Source of the DNA: an uncultured virus (IMG/VR IMGVR_UViG_3300001528_000074)
Lineage: Duplodnaviria > Heunggongvirae > Uroviricota > Caudoviricetes
Direction: 5' to 3' (one strand)
Length of the DNA: 34,982 nt
Virus record (IMG/VR): IMGVR_UViG_3300001528_000074
Part shown: positions 1 through 9,863 of the stretch, one piece after another
Layout of the letters: each line of letters begins with the position of its first letter
Position numbering within the stretch: the stretch's first letter is position 1
Program-made: the position numbers and the translations under genes
The notes under the pieces: generated by a model
What the model was told of the DNA's origin: nothing
The model's database searches: none
Seen by the model: only the letters and a program-made list of their open reading frames with translations

Positions 1-552
1 CAGAAGTTCTGTTGTTGACTCTACATCGTTGACATTGTAAAATATCATCTCGTCTATCTTTTCAGTAGCAAGAGGTTTTGTAAAATCACCATCAAACTCT
101 AGTACATTTGGATAATGCATAGTCATTTGCATTTCCTTTAGTCCTACTCTTAACTTTGATGAAAGCATTATAGTAAGTATATCCATAGATTCAAAGAAGT
201 GTGCGTATTTCCACCTTTTAAATTTAGAAGTATCTCCTTCATCAGACATGACTATTGTCTGAGATAGATTAAATATAGAATCACATACTCTCCATACTGG
301 TGTATTAGATAATAACGAACTATACTCTATAATATAGTTAATCACAACATCATCATAATGGTGATTATTGTAACCACAAAACATATTCTTAATATCTAAG
401 AAATATTTTGCCATATCATCCAATTCGTTCTTTCTTACAGAACATTCAAACTTCTTAAGTTCTCCCGTTTCTGTATTCTTACAAGTACAGTGAAATACGT
501 TTGGAAATACTTCAATATCGTATACATTTACGACTTTGTTGTGTATTAACAT
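1..552 (-). CDS. DNA polymerase (crAss-type family B), N-terminal 3'-5' exonuclease domain; truncated by the window edge
   Basis: Not in the ORF track (no stop in the window). Manual translation from ATG 552 gives MLIHNKVVNVYDIEVFPN...FCGYNNHHYDD...YNVNDVESTTELL, showing ExoI (DIE), ExoII (GYNN..YD) and ExoIII (YxxxD) motifs. Confidence 0.85.
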   Translation of the reverse strand, partial: MLIHNKVVNVYDIEVFPNVFHCTCKNTETGELKKFECSVRKNELDDMAKYFLDIKNMFCGYNNHHYDDVVINYIIEYSSLLSNTPVWRVCDSIFNLSQTIVMSDEGDTSKFKRWKYAHFFESMDILTIMLSSKLRVGLKEMQMTMHYPNVLEFDGDFTKPLATEKIDEMIFYNVNDVESTTELL

Positions 553-589
553 GACTTATAGTTCTTGTTAATGGTTTGTGTTGTCATCT

Positions 590-1510
590 CTATGCAGCCA
601 TTTGACCTCGTAGGGCTCCGAACTTATCATAGACTCTAAAACCTATGATACTTTCACCTTTCTGGGCATTTTTCAATGCTAACTGCAATTTCTTTTCAAT
701 AAACTCTTTTGAAGGATAATTGGCTACATATCCAGCAAAAGGATATCCGTATATGTATGGGTCACATTCCTTCTCGAAAATGACTTTAGTTCCACTATAT
801 CCATCTACTTTGTGTACACTGTACATTCTAATGTTTGGTGTACTGATTGGCTTACAATGATAATACTTTTCACTTAAGACATTACGAATATGTTCCAGAG
901 CAATACTTCTTCTTGTCTTGTAGGAAGCCATAGTTTCCTCCGGAAATAGTGTAAAGGCTAACTCAACACTAGTCGGTACCGGGTGTTTCGCATCCCATTT
1001 AGCCATCTTATGAAGTTCGTACAGATGACACTTTTCAGCCAATCCCATACGAACACTTTCCCTATTTCTTCTACGATATATAGGAATGTTCGTATGTGCA
1101 TTCCATAAGAATTTACCATGGTGATCCGTCTTTTGGATTGGATGTCCGCCGGTATCCCTTACTAAAGGATGGTGTATGTTATACATTTCCTCCTTCGTAA
1201 GGCTCTTTGGAAGCTTCAATTTTCCAGCCTTTTTAGCCTCTCTAAGACGCTTTTCATACTCCTTTAGTATAATTGTGCGTCGCATGATTTTGCACGCTGT
1301 AGCGCCGTATTTGTAGCAATTTAGACGCTGCTGCTCATCTCTTACAGATGTCTTAGGAGCCTGGAAACGTTTTACTAACTGATCGATTGGTTCATATCCC
1401 AGTCTCATTGCAAACTGGTACCCTTTTGGAGTTGACATGAACTTCTTTATCTTATCTAACTCAGCATACTGAGTATTAAGGTCTTTTAATGCTTTAGTTA
1501 TACTTTTCAT
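590..1510 (-). CDS. hypothetical basic protein
   Basis: Long ORF; probable start at ATG 1510 (MKSITK) after an AT-rich leader (the track gives 1588). Ends at TAG, with TGA two codons later. Confidence 0.75.
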   Translation of the reverse strand: MKSITKALKDLNTQYAELDKIKKFMSTPKGYQFAMRLGYEPIDQLVKRFQAPKTSVRDEQQRLNCYKYGATACKIMRRTIILKEYEKRLREAKKAGKLKLPKSLTKEEMYNIHHPLVRDTGGHPIQKTDHHGKFLWNAHTNIPIYRRRNRESVRMGLAEKCHLYELHKMAKWDAKHPVPTSVELAFTLFPEETMASYKTRRSIALEHIRNVLSEKYYHCKPISTPNIRMYSVHKVDGYSGTKVIFEKECDPYIYGYPFAGYVANYPSKEFIEKKLQLALKNAQKGESIIGFRVYDKFGALRGQMAA

Positions 1511-1609
1511 ATTGATTATGTATTTAGTTAAACGGTGATTATAATTGGTCTCGATCCAATTCCATCTTTCGATGGCGCCCATCAGCATATATAATCTATT
1601 ATAATATTA

Positions 1610-2161
1610 TTAGCAAGTTACCATATCCTTAATGAAATCGTCATTATCAATAGTCAACGTAGCCTCGTTATTAAAACGAGCTATCTCCTCGTCAACCTTA
1701 TTGATCTCCAACTGAAGTTTATTCTTAATAGATCCAATCTTAGCCGAAGTAAATGTCTCTTTCTTGCCTGTTCCAGCTTTACCGGCTTTAGCTTTTGTAG
1801 CGGGATTAATAGTGGCTTTCTTAAGTATCTCCTCCCAGTGGGCAAGTTGCTCTTTTAGCTCACATGCTCTATAAATATTATAATAATGGGTTTTCTTTGC
1901 ATCATCATAATTAAACGTCTTAATACCATTATTAATGGCATTAAGCATGAGTTTAAGTTTGATTAGTGTCTCAGACATCTGTAGAATCTTATTGTACAAT
2001 ACAGCAAGATCCATACCAGAACCCACTTTAGCCTTCTTTGCCTTTATGGTCATAACATTCTCTGCCTGTATGATACGCCAATAACGTGTCTTTGTAAGAC
2101 AGATTTCGTTACGAAGTGCAATGATATCTTTTGATGTATATATGTTTGATTTCTTATCCAT
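1610..2161 (-). CDS. hypothetical coiled-coil protein
   Basis: 183-aa ORF with AT-rich leader and TAA stop. Confidence 0.8.
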   Translation of the reverse strand: MDKKSNIYTSKDIIALRNEICLTKTRYWRIIQAENVMTIKAKKAKVGSGMDLAVLYNKILQMSETLIKLKLMLNAINNGIKTFNYDDAKKTHYYNIYRACELKEQLAHWEEILKKATINPATKAKAGKAGTGKKETFTSAKIGSIKNKLQLEINKVDEEIARFNNEATLTIDNDDFIKDMVTC

Positions 2162-2214
2162 TGTTGTAAAGTTTTAGTTAAACAAAATGAATTTGAGATC
2201 GTTTACCGTTTAAT

Positions 2215-2260
2215 TAGTCGCTCTATTAGGAATCGAACCTAATCTGGTACCATAAGAGCG
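2215..2260 (-). ncRNA. tRNA-like mini-element (acceptor stem plus T-arm only)
   Basis: Minus strand reads CGCTCT-T-ATGGTACCAG-ATTAGG-TTCGATT-CCTAAT-AGAGCG-A-CTA: canonical T-loop, paired acceptor-like stem, no D or anticodon arm. Confidence 0.55.
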
Positions 2261-2300
2261 TAAAAGAGAAGAATATTGACAAACAATACTCTTCTCCTTT
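2261..2300 (-). terminator. intrinsic terminator
   Basis: Hairpin GAGAAGAGTATTG-TTTGT-CAATATTCTTCTC followed by TTTT on the minus strand. Confidence 0.65.
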
Positions 2301-2952
2301 ATGTGTACATGTTAATAGGAATGGCATACTTTAACTCCAATTCTCCTGAATCTTTGTCGTTTCTGTACATTCGTTCATCTTGGTACTAATCACCTGACTA
2401 GTCCTCACCAAGATATTGAACTCCTGTAGGTCCTATTTTAACACGCAATATGGGGTCACCTGAGCCCGGAAGCTCAAATGTTCTAATTTCTTCATTCACT
2501 TGGAGTTTTACTTCAGTAGGTCTATTACTGCTAGCGAATCCTTCCGCCCCTAATGCTGTACAAGACCATGTTGTTTTAACCCCGATATAGCCGACTAAAA
2601 ATAGTCGATCAATTACGTCATTGGAACGTCCTTCACGGCTTAGAAGATCTGATAGGTCTTTTAGGAGCCCTGCTCCCACCATTCGACCATGACCTTCATC
2701 TTCCGCTTTAGACGATAATGCTCCAATAACTTTGAATGTGAACTCTGCTAACGAAATTCTCTTTTCTGCTCCAATAAGACTGTTCCACCATAAGAACCGT
2801 GTCTTTCCTAAGACAATATCACCAGTATTGGTATCTACAGTCACTTTAGAATAAAGATTACTCTCATTCTCATCTATTATCTCCTTACGGATAGACGGAT
2901 CAGAAAACATTATTTGTATGAACAGAGCACTTCTCTCTGTTAAATGCTGCAT
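2299..2952 (-). CDS. hypothetical protein; probably extended past TAG 2398-2400 by readthrough to TAA at 2299-2301
   Basis: The track ORF stops at TAG (2398). The frame continues (Q)SGD(Q)YQDERMYRNDKDSGELELKYAIPINMYT to a TAA that abuts the terminator. Confidence 0.65.
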
Positions 2953-2954
2953 AA

Positions 2955-3575
2955 TTAGTCTGCTGCGTTAACGTGGATGTTAATTGTTGTATCGCCACCT
3001 TTTCGGTCAAGCTGACGGTAATAAGCGTCCGCATAGGCAGAGTTCTTCTCAGAAGTTGTCTCAATCATCATGGACATCTTCTTAAGATTCTCTGTCAATT
3101 CGTCGATCTTAGCCTTCTCCTTAGCATTTTCCTGATTAAGGAATTCTGCCAACTTCTTACCTGAAGAGAAGTACACATTATTAGTATTAGTAGGATCCTT
3201 CATGAGAGCATCTCGCAAAGAGTCCACTGTTACGTCCTTAGTAAACTTATTGTTTGCTATAGGACAACGAACTTCAATACTGTTACCAGTTTCATCTACC
3301 TGGTCCTTATTAATAACCACTTCATATTCATCAGGATTCAATCCTCGTTCAAGTGTTATACCAGTAATATCGATAGCAAGAACCTTATAACGGTTGACAT
3401 TACGTGTTATAAATATCCCATTATTGTGTTCGGCATGTTCTTTCTGCTGATTATAGTCGGTAATTATTACCTCCTTTGCTGCTTTAAAGATTCTTTTACC
3501 AAAAAGTCCACCGAATGCTGCAAGATTTGGACGATTCTCTTCTACTACCTGAATGTTAATTTTAGTGTTATTCAT
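2955..3575 (-). CDS. hypothetical protein with C-terminal coiled coil
   Basis: 206-aa ORF, tightly packed with the downstream gene. Confidence 0.8.
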   Translation of the reverse strand: MNNTKINIQVVEENRPNLAAFGGLFGKRIFKAAKEVIITDYNQQKEHAEHNNGIFITRNVNRYKVLAIDITGITLERGLNPDEYEVVINKDQVDETGNSIEVRCPIANNKFTKDVTVDSLRDALMKDPTNTNNVYFSSGKKLAEFLNQENAKEKAKIDELTENLKKMSMMIETTSEKNSAYADAYYRQLDRKGGDTTINIHVNAAD

Positions 3576-3579
3576 AATT

Positions 3580-5655
3580 TACTATCCTTTTTGATATCGT
3601 GGTTGATTCCACCAACGATAGTTAATTTACTATGTAGGACTTTCACCTACGTTAATTATTAAAAAAGTTTCTCTCTCTAACTCTTTTTATACTCACATTA
3701 GCATATATTGTAACCTTATATTAAGGCTCGTTTTATTCAATCATGCGCCATTCAGCTTTATATTCCTTTATAATTCTCTCTCGGTATATGAAGCTCAATC
3801 ACTGAATTTGGGAATCCAACGGTAGGATATGCTACGCCCTTGTGTACATGAATCCTGTTACGGCAAAACTACAAAATACAATATACAAATTCAATTGCTG
3901 TTACTAATTTGTGAACTTTAATTTAATTGTTAAAGTACAATATTGACATTACTAAGCGCTCTGAAGTTTCAGGAATCGCAGAGAGTTCACTAGTTGAGTC
4001 TTTATTGTTTAATATAAAATATGTCCGGTTCTGATTGTTTAATGAGCCTAACAGTACCTTTAACGTGCTCACCCATTGATCGGGACTCCTATATTACTAC
4101 GTGCGTGTGTAGCTTTTTACGTGTAGGGTACACGTTTCATTATCGAACAGTCTTTCTCTTCCAGAGGAGATGTGACTCTACGGCTTGTTTATTACTCTTG
4201 GCAAGTGCTTGCCTCATTGTTTATAGTGCTCGAATACTGTATACTTTAAATACATACTATCATAGCCCTCGGTACGCTTTTGCACCCGATTCTTGTGGTC
4301 GTCATAGGCTGTTTATGTTTCAAAACACCCACCTAATCGCCTCTAACATCCTCTATAGAGACAGTATAGACGATGCGCTAAGTATAGGCTTCTACCTCTA
4401 TGCTTTACATATACACTTTCACATGTATACTTTAGGCTGGTTAGCCGTAACGGTTGGCACTCAGTTTCCTCACTTCAGTACTTCCTACTTACAACGTAGG
4501 TTCTTCCCTATGAGGGGACACTAATTTTTATAGTTAAACATGTTAATTACAGTTGATAAGTAGTTTCGCTACTCTGGTCGGTAATCGTGATATCTGCTCA
4601 TACAGGACATATACTCATTTGTACGTCTAACGTAATGTTATGTAGTACTAAGAATATGTAGTATAGGAATCATACATACTTGCCAGCATTAGAGGCTCTT
4701 ATATATTACCGGAATGTAATAACTCGAATCAGTCTAATGTAATATCAAATGTTTTGCGCCTTCAGATATCAGGAAGGCTCTCCTCACATAAATGCTTCGG
4801 ACGTTATCTCGCATTTCTGGATACTCTTTCGGTACAGCCATTAGGTACCTTTTACGAACATCTCTTTAACATCAGTCTTATGTGTGCGGACTCGTGTCGC
4901 TAAGTGTTGCATCCACTTCCTGTCATTCTACTTTTATATACCGCATGAACGACGAAGGCCTGGCGGTTGTTGTATTTGTTTCAGCCGTTTTACCTCATCC
5001 CTGGCTCCCCTTCAATGGAGATGTGCTGAATCGAACAGCAAGGACTTACATAGGCAGCATATTTACGATACACTCCGTGAGTCGATTCTCACGGTCTGAA
5101 GAATATCTATCATTATTCCCAGCAGGTTCTTTCTCTTTCCACATACAACGTACCCTTCATAATGTTAGTTGGTGCTAACGTGAACACTAGTACATGGCAT
5201 TTTACTCAATTTGACACTCATTATGTGTTGGCGTACATAATGTTTCAACTCGTGTAAGTTATGCACAGATTCGTGTCTTAATCTGTGTTTGTCCGATACT
5301 CTTATTCCTTTTGCTCATCTTGAGACTTATGTGCAGTTCTCTGTGTATATCACCAGACGGTTCTCATATACAATGTTGCGCAGTTATACATATCTTTCGA
5401 TCAGAAGGGGTTGAATAAGGTCACTATCCCCTATACAAGTGAGTTTTTCACGCTCATCATGTCTTCCATCCTACCTTTTGTGCTCTATTCTCAAGCATTA
5501 TCGTCATCAGTGATGATTTACATATTCTCAGATCAAGTATAATTTTTCGACGTAGGCTAATGAGACCTACTGTATGTCTAACACCTATTACTATGAAGAC
5601 GTATTCTTTAATAATATAAATAATATCATCCTAAGGCTGGGATTTACTAACGGTT
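3580..5655 (-). ncRNA. candidate large structured non-coding RNA region (~2 kb)
   Basis: No credible ORF; many short hairpins including T-loop-like and GNRA-like loops, plus a long-range complementarity (3601-3610 with 3811-3820). Strand inferred from the flanking genes. Confidence 0.45.
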
Positions 5656-5661
5656 TTCAGA

Positions 5662-6024
5662 TTATTCAGAGCTGTCGACTGCATCATGAATTACATACTT
5701 TCGAGGTATGCTATCTGGAGCTGTTCCCTTCCGAGGCTCACGAGTCTTTATGTACAAGATCGAGACAGTATCTCGTACAGCATATGGCACTCGCTTGGTT
5801 CGTATGACTTGTTTTGTTATTACTTTGGTGTGATGTACAGTGTCTCTTATAGTGTCACAGGGTGTGATCGTATCATGTACCACCTTTTCTACATACTTTG
5901 GTAACTGGAATGGAGGAGATTCCGCTGCAGTTATCGTATTAGTCGGCTCATAATGGATTTTAGCCAATTGTGAACCGAACGCACACATTAGTGCGCACAC
6001 TATTATAGTTGCTGTAGTTTTCAT
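5662..6024 (-). CDS. membrane-anchored/exported protein with repeated D-T/S-I/V motifs
   Basis: Probable start ATG 6024 after the TTATCAAAATG leader; hydrophobic N-terminus; DTI, DTI, DTV, DTV, DSI. Confidence 0.7.
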   Translation of the reverse strand: MKTTATIIVCALMCAFGSQLAKIHYEPTNTITAAESPPFQLPKYVEKVVHDTITPCDTIRDTVHHTKVITKQVIRTKRVPYAVRDTVSILYIKTREPRKGTAPDSIPRKYVIHDAVDSSE

Positions 6025-6159
6025 TTTGATAATGTTATGAACCATAATGCCATACTTCATATTGTTCCTTCATACAGCAGAAGAAACTTTTCAGAGTGTC
6101 TAAAGGATTCCGGATTCCCTTAAACACTCTGGAACGGGTTCTTTTATGCTGAAGTATGG

Positions 6160-7584
6160 CTAGTCTTTTTTTGATTCAGCTTTCTTGGCTTCTGCAGCAG
6201 CCTTGTCAGCCTCTTCTTTACGCTTAATATATTCTACATAAGGTATTTCCTTTACTTCAGTGAGATTCTCCTCACCATATGCAGAATTCTTTTCACCTGG
6301 GTTGCGGAATAGATTAAGAATAATACCACCACGAATCTTCATGTTCTCATATATACCATCATAATGCTTATCGAGAGCACATTCTGGGTAATAGAGTTTA
6401 CGAAGACGACCAAACGCCATATTCATGATGGGTTTAAGGTGTTCGTCCTTAAAGTCGGGGTTGTTATAATTGTCTACTATAGTAAATGAGATGTCATGTA
6501 GTGATTTCATAACCTCCTCATTACGTTTAATCTGATCTTCATGAGCCTTGGCAAGCTCACGATAACCCTTCTTCTTCTGATCAAGTTCTCCGAGAGCAAC
6601 CTTCTCCTTTTCAATATTGTCCATGCAGATGAGCTCTACAAACGCCCTAACTGTATCGGCAATAGATTGATCATCCCAGCAGGCTTTCTTAGTTTCTTTG
6701 TCGGTAAGAGCACCTCGCAGAATAAGGAATGCTGACAATGGAGAATGTTCTCTTTCAACTAGAGACCACATACCTTGTCCAATACCTTTCATGTGAGTGG
6801 TTGGCTTCACATAATAGAAGATATCAGACAACCATTCGTACATAGTACGATCTTCATATTTGTTCATGGCTTCCGTAGAGTTCTCTGCTTGACGGGCAAG
6901 TTCTATACGATAGTCATGCATAAAGTCTACTGTTTGTACAAGAGCATCTTTAATACTCTTGCTGTGCTTCAAACTGGTCACGAGAAGGTACTTCAGAGCC
7001 TCTCTAAGCGCATTTTCATCAAGATGTGCTACCTTGACTGGGTCAAGTTCAATAGAGCCTTCAGAACCCTTCTTTTCGGTTTCGTTTTCAGCTTTAAGTT
7101 CTTTCTTTGTTTCTTCAGATACTTCAACATCTGAAGAGTTTACTGTTACTGTGTCATCTTTTACTTCAAGTTTCTTTATTTCTGGAAGTTCAATTCCCAT
7201 ATCTTTGGCAACATTTACCAGCATTGGATAGACACTTTTACTCATTACTGCACTAAAGAATGAGGTGCCATTTACTGCTTCATCTGCCAAAGCCACAACA
7301 ATACCAGCAGCTGTAATACGATTCATATTGTCTACCACATCTTTACCGAATTTGTCAGATGCATCAGGATCATCGTGGAAGAATCTCGACGCAAGTCCGA
7401 GCAATTCTACTTGATGATTAGCATCAAGTCCACTGTTCTTACGACTTGCGATATTCTTAGGAGTAACGTCTTTAGGAGTTACTTCCTGTATCACTTCTGC
7501 CTGCACCTCCTCTACTATTTCTGTCTTTGGAGGAGTTGTCGTCTTTACTGAATTCTTCTTAGTGTTATTTACTTTCTTAGCCAT
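6160..7584 (-). CDS. hypothetical protein (474 aa, helical)
   Basis: Long ORF with TTATCAAAAATTATG leader; TAG stop followed by a long hairpin (~6092-6132). Confidence 0.85.
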   Translation of the reverse strand: MAKKVNNTKKNSVKTTTPPKTEIVEEVQAEVIQEVTPKDVTPKNIASRKNSGLDANHQVELLGLASRFFHDDPDASDKFGKDVVDNMNRITAAGIVVALADEAVNGTSFFSAVMSKSVYPMLVNVAKDMGIELPEIKKLEVKDDTVTVNSSDVEVSEETKKELKAENETEKKGSEGSIELDPVKVAHLDENALREALKYLLVTSLKHSKSIKDALVQTVDFMHDYRIELARQAENSTEAMNKYEDRTMYEWLSDIFYYVKPTTHMKGIGQGMWSLVEREHSPLSAFLILRGALTDKETKKACWDDQSIADTVRAFVELICMDNIEKEKVALGELDQKKKGYRELAKAHEDQIKRNEEVMKSLHDISFTIVDNYNNPDFKDEHLKPIMNMAFGRLRKLYYPECALDKHYDGIYENMKIRGGIILNLFRNPGEKNSAYGEENLTEVKEIPYVEYIKRKEEADKAAAEAKKAESKKD

Positions 7585-7671
7585 AATTTTTGATAAATTA
7601 AAGTGTTAACGATAAATTTTAAGTTTGTTTAATAAAAAGCGAGCAGATCATATCTTAGGCAGATTATGTAC

Positions 7672-8043
7672 TCAACTTGTATTAAACGGGTTACAACTGT
7701 CTCCTATATATGTAGGGTTTACAGTTATTAAGGCGTGAGCAGTTTCCTCAGTGATGGGGTTAGCCCATGAGAGATCGATGTCACTGTCAATCTTTATTTC
7801 TTCGTTAGGAAGTATAGCATCAAGATGCATTATACTAATTAACGAAGTCATGGGAGCCTTGTCCACTACTACAGGAACGCTCTTTTTGGTAGGCGTTGTC
7901 AATGCCTTACCAGCTTGCCCACATGCGAAACCAAACAGGAGAGCCATAAGCAACTGCCAAAATAGCTTATTGCTCCTGTTGTAACGAGCGATTGCGAAGA
8001 TCATTATCCCTGCAATCATCAGTGGTAGAAGAGTCGTCAACAT
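7672..8043 (-). CDS. membrane protein with two N-terminal hydrophobic segments
   Basis: LLPLMIAGIMIFAIA and LFWQLLMALLFGFACG segments; overlaps the 3' end of the sigma factor gene. Confidence 0.7.
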   Translation of the reverse strand: MLTTLLPLMIAGIMIFAIARYNRSNKLFWQLLMALLFGFACGQAGKALTTPTKKSVPVVVDKAPMTSLISIMHLDAILPNEEIKIDSDIDLSWANPITEETAHALITVNPTYIGDSCNPFNTS

Positions 8044-8596
8044 GTTCAAGGTTTAAAATTGATTTTATTTTATTACGTACTCTATGAAGTCTCGACTTAA
8101 TAGTTCCCTTGGACACATGGAGCGCCTTACTAATTTCTGCAATAGTCATACCATCTCTATAGAACATGTAAGCAGTATCTCTATACGAGGGAGTTACTTC
8201 TTCCATCATATCTAAGAGCCTTTGATAATAATCGCTATTAACGAGATTGTCTTCAGGATCTACATAATCATCTAAGGAACCTACAAATGTTTCTTCTGTG
8301 ATTGATGCACTGTCTTTGACAGTTCTTAGGTAATCAATTGCTACATTCTTAGTAAGAATTCTTAACCATCCGCCAAATGACGAATAGTCTTTAAATTTAG
8401 ATAACTTAGCATGAACTTTTAAGAATACTATATTAGTAATATCCTTTGCTTCATCTTTGTCTCCTATATAAGAGGTTAACAACTTGTCGACAAATACTTT
8501 ATACTTATTAAACAGTTGTGTAAAAGCATATTCATTGCCAGTTTGCGCCTTTTTGATGATCTCAATCTCCTCTGGGGTAATTTTGGTAATCATCAA
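7967..8596 (-). CDS. RNA polymerase sigma-70 family ECF sigma factor
   Basis: Region 2 (GNEYAFTQLFNKY...EAKDITNIVFLKV...SFGGWLRILTKNVAIDYLR) and region 4 HTH (DGMTIAEISKALHVSKGTIKSRLHRVR). Confidence 0.92.
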   Translation of the reverse strand: MMITKITPEEIEIIKKAQTGNEYAFTQLFNKYKVFVDKLLTSYIGDKDEAKDITNIVFLKVHAKLSKFKDYSSFGGWLRILTKNVAIDYLRTVKDSASITEETFVGSLDDYVDPEDNLVNSDYYQRLLDMMEEVTPSYRDTAYMFYRDGMTIAEISKALHVSKGTIKSRLHRVRNKIKSILNLEHVDDSSTTDDCRDNDLRNRSLQQEQ

Positions 8597-8602
8597 ACAT
8601 CA

Positions 8603-8917
8603 TTAAAATGGTAAATCGTCTTCCATTCTCAGGTAGACAGCATTGTGTACATTCGCTGTAAGATTCCCATGAATCTCCCTCTTCTCCTCATCGGTCAAAG
8701 AAGTAAGCTTATTTAACATCCCTGTTGCAATGCGCAACTTTACCATTGTTGTGTAATAAGAGTCTCTTTCGAGATTATTGTCACAAATATTTCTATTTAC
8801 CCACCACAACCATTGGATAAGGCTATGATTTCTCATAACTTTCAACCAGCTATACGGATAAATGGCATGTGATGTATATTCACAATGACTTAATCTATTA
8901 TCTATTCGTCTATCCAT
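8603..8917 (-). CDS. hypothetical protein
   Basis: 104-aa ORF ending DDLPF, packed between its neighbours. Confidence 0.65.
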   Translation of the reverse strand: MDRRIDNRLSHCEYTSHAIYPYSWLKVMRNHSLIQWLWWVNRNICDNNLERDSYYTTMVKLRIATGMLNKLTSLTDEEKREIHGNLTANVHNAVYLRMEDDLPF

Positions 8918-9228
8918 AATCCAATCTGTTTAAGAATGAACTCAGCCAGTTTGTGGTTCTTCCTAGTATAACGTTCTGCAATTTCATTACAGAGATTCTC
9001 GTTATCTGATCCGCAAAATATTGCAACATCTGCTGCATTTTTGATGTAGGGTATGTTCTTACAAAACCATTCATTCCATGATACAACATGACTCCAGAAG
9101 GTGTATTCCTGTTTACCATACTGTAATAGATTGGTTAAGTCTATAGCATCAGCCATATTCTTTTTAGGGTTTATGTAAGAAACTATCTTCTTCTCTTTTT
9201 CCTCTTCGTTTTGTTTCTTCGTACGCAT
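8902..9228 (-). CDS. hypothetical protein
   Basis: Probable start ATG 9228 (MRTKKQ); the track's upstream extension runs through a tRNA. Confidence 0.65.
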   Translation of the reverse strand: MRTKKQNEEEKEKKIVSYINPKKNMADAIDLTNLLQYGKQEYTFWSHVVSWNEWFCKNIPYIKNAADVAIFCGSDNENLCNEIAERYTRKNHKLAEFILKQIGLWIDE

Positions 9229-9386
9229 AACGTTGCTATTCAGAGGTCTAATATGTACGTCATATACACGTTCGATGAATTTGTTTCTACATTTACACCA
9301 TCTTAATGTAATATCCCATGTAGACGGGATACGGTGTGAAATCATGTTTCTATATCCTGTCATAACTATTTTGTATTTTGTGGCAA

Positions 9387-9463
9387 TGGAGTGGTAGTGG
9401 GACTCGAACCCACAGTTGTACTGATTACGAATCAGCCGTGTCTTCCATTTCCACCATACCACC
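9387..9463 (-). tRNA. tRNA-Thr (anticodon CGT)
   Basis: GGTGGTA/TACCACT acceptor, GTG..CAC D-arm, GCTGA-TTCGTAA-TCAGT anticodon arm, GTGGG-TTCGAGT-CCCAC T-arm. Confidence 0.8.
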
Positions 9464-9464
9464 C

Positions 9465-9619
9465 GTCACCTCTCGTTGGTGCTACGTGACTTAAATGCGA
9501 TTACTCAAGCAACCACTTACGCTACGCAAGTGTAGTCAACAATGTTATTTACATTGCCAGTTAATTTAAAAATGAGTCTTGTACTTATCTCTGTATATCG
9601 TCAAATCCAATATTCCCCC
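9465..9619 (-). ncRNA. ssrA: tmRNA, coding piece of a permuted two-piece gene
   Basis: 5' end GGGGGAATATTGGATTTGAC; resume context TAACT-GGC; tag ORF 9558-9517 GNVNNIVDYTCVA-stop, with the stop in a hairpin. Confidence 0.8.
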
Positions 9620-9863
9620 TAATAAAAACTACACTATCTTCACAGACCGTGTAGCATGTCTAACCTAAATAAAAAACAAATAATCCAATGACAGATCTTA
9701 TTTTCACAAACTTAATCTGTAATACATAACAAATGCCTAACTAATTGACTTTATAAACAAAATAATATATGTAGGGTGGAGTGGAGTCTCGGCTATAAAA
9801 TTGCTTTTATAGACAAAAAAGAAAATTACGAGTACTGATTAGTTATGTGAGATTGTCCACTCC

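Noticed and set aside
4021..5178. Plus-strand ORFs 4021-4524, 4882-5178 and 4884-5099
   Set aside because: Opposite to all flanking genes, atypical composition and no motifs; likely chance ORFs
5490..5520. CTGATGA on the minus strand suggesting a hammerhead ribozyme
   Set aside because: No correctly placed GAAA or stems II/III could be built
9229..9462. N-terminal extension of ORF 8902-9462
   Set aside because: Runs through tRNA-Thr; ATG 9228 is more plausible
9455..9492. Possible HDV-like (theta) ribozyme next to tRNA-Thr
   Set aside because: The resemblance is on the non-transcribed strand and P1/P3/J4-2 cannot be completed; better explained as the tmRNA 3' hairpin
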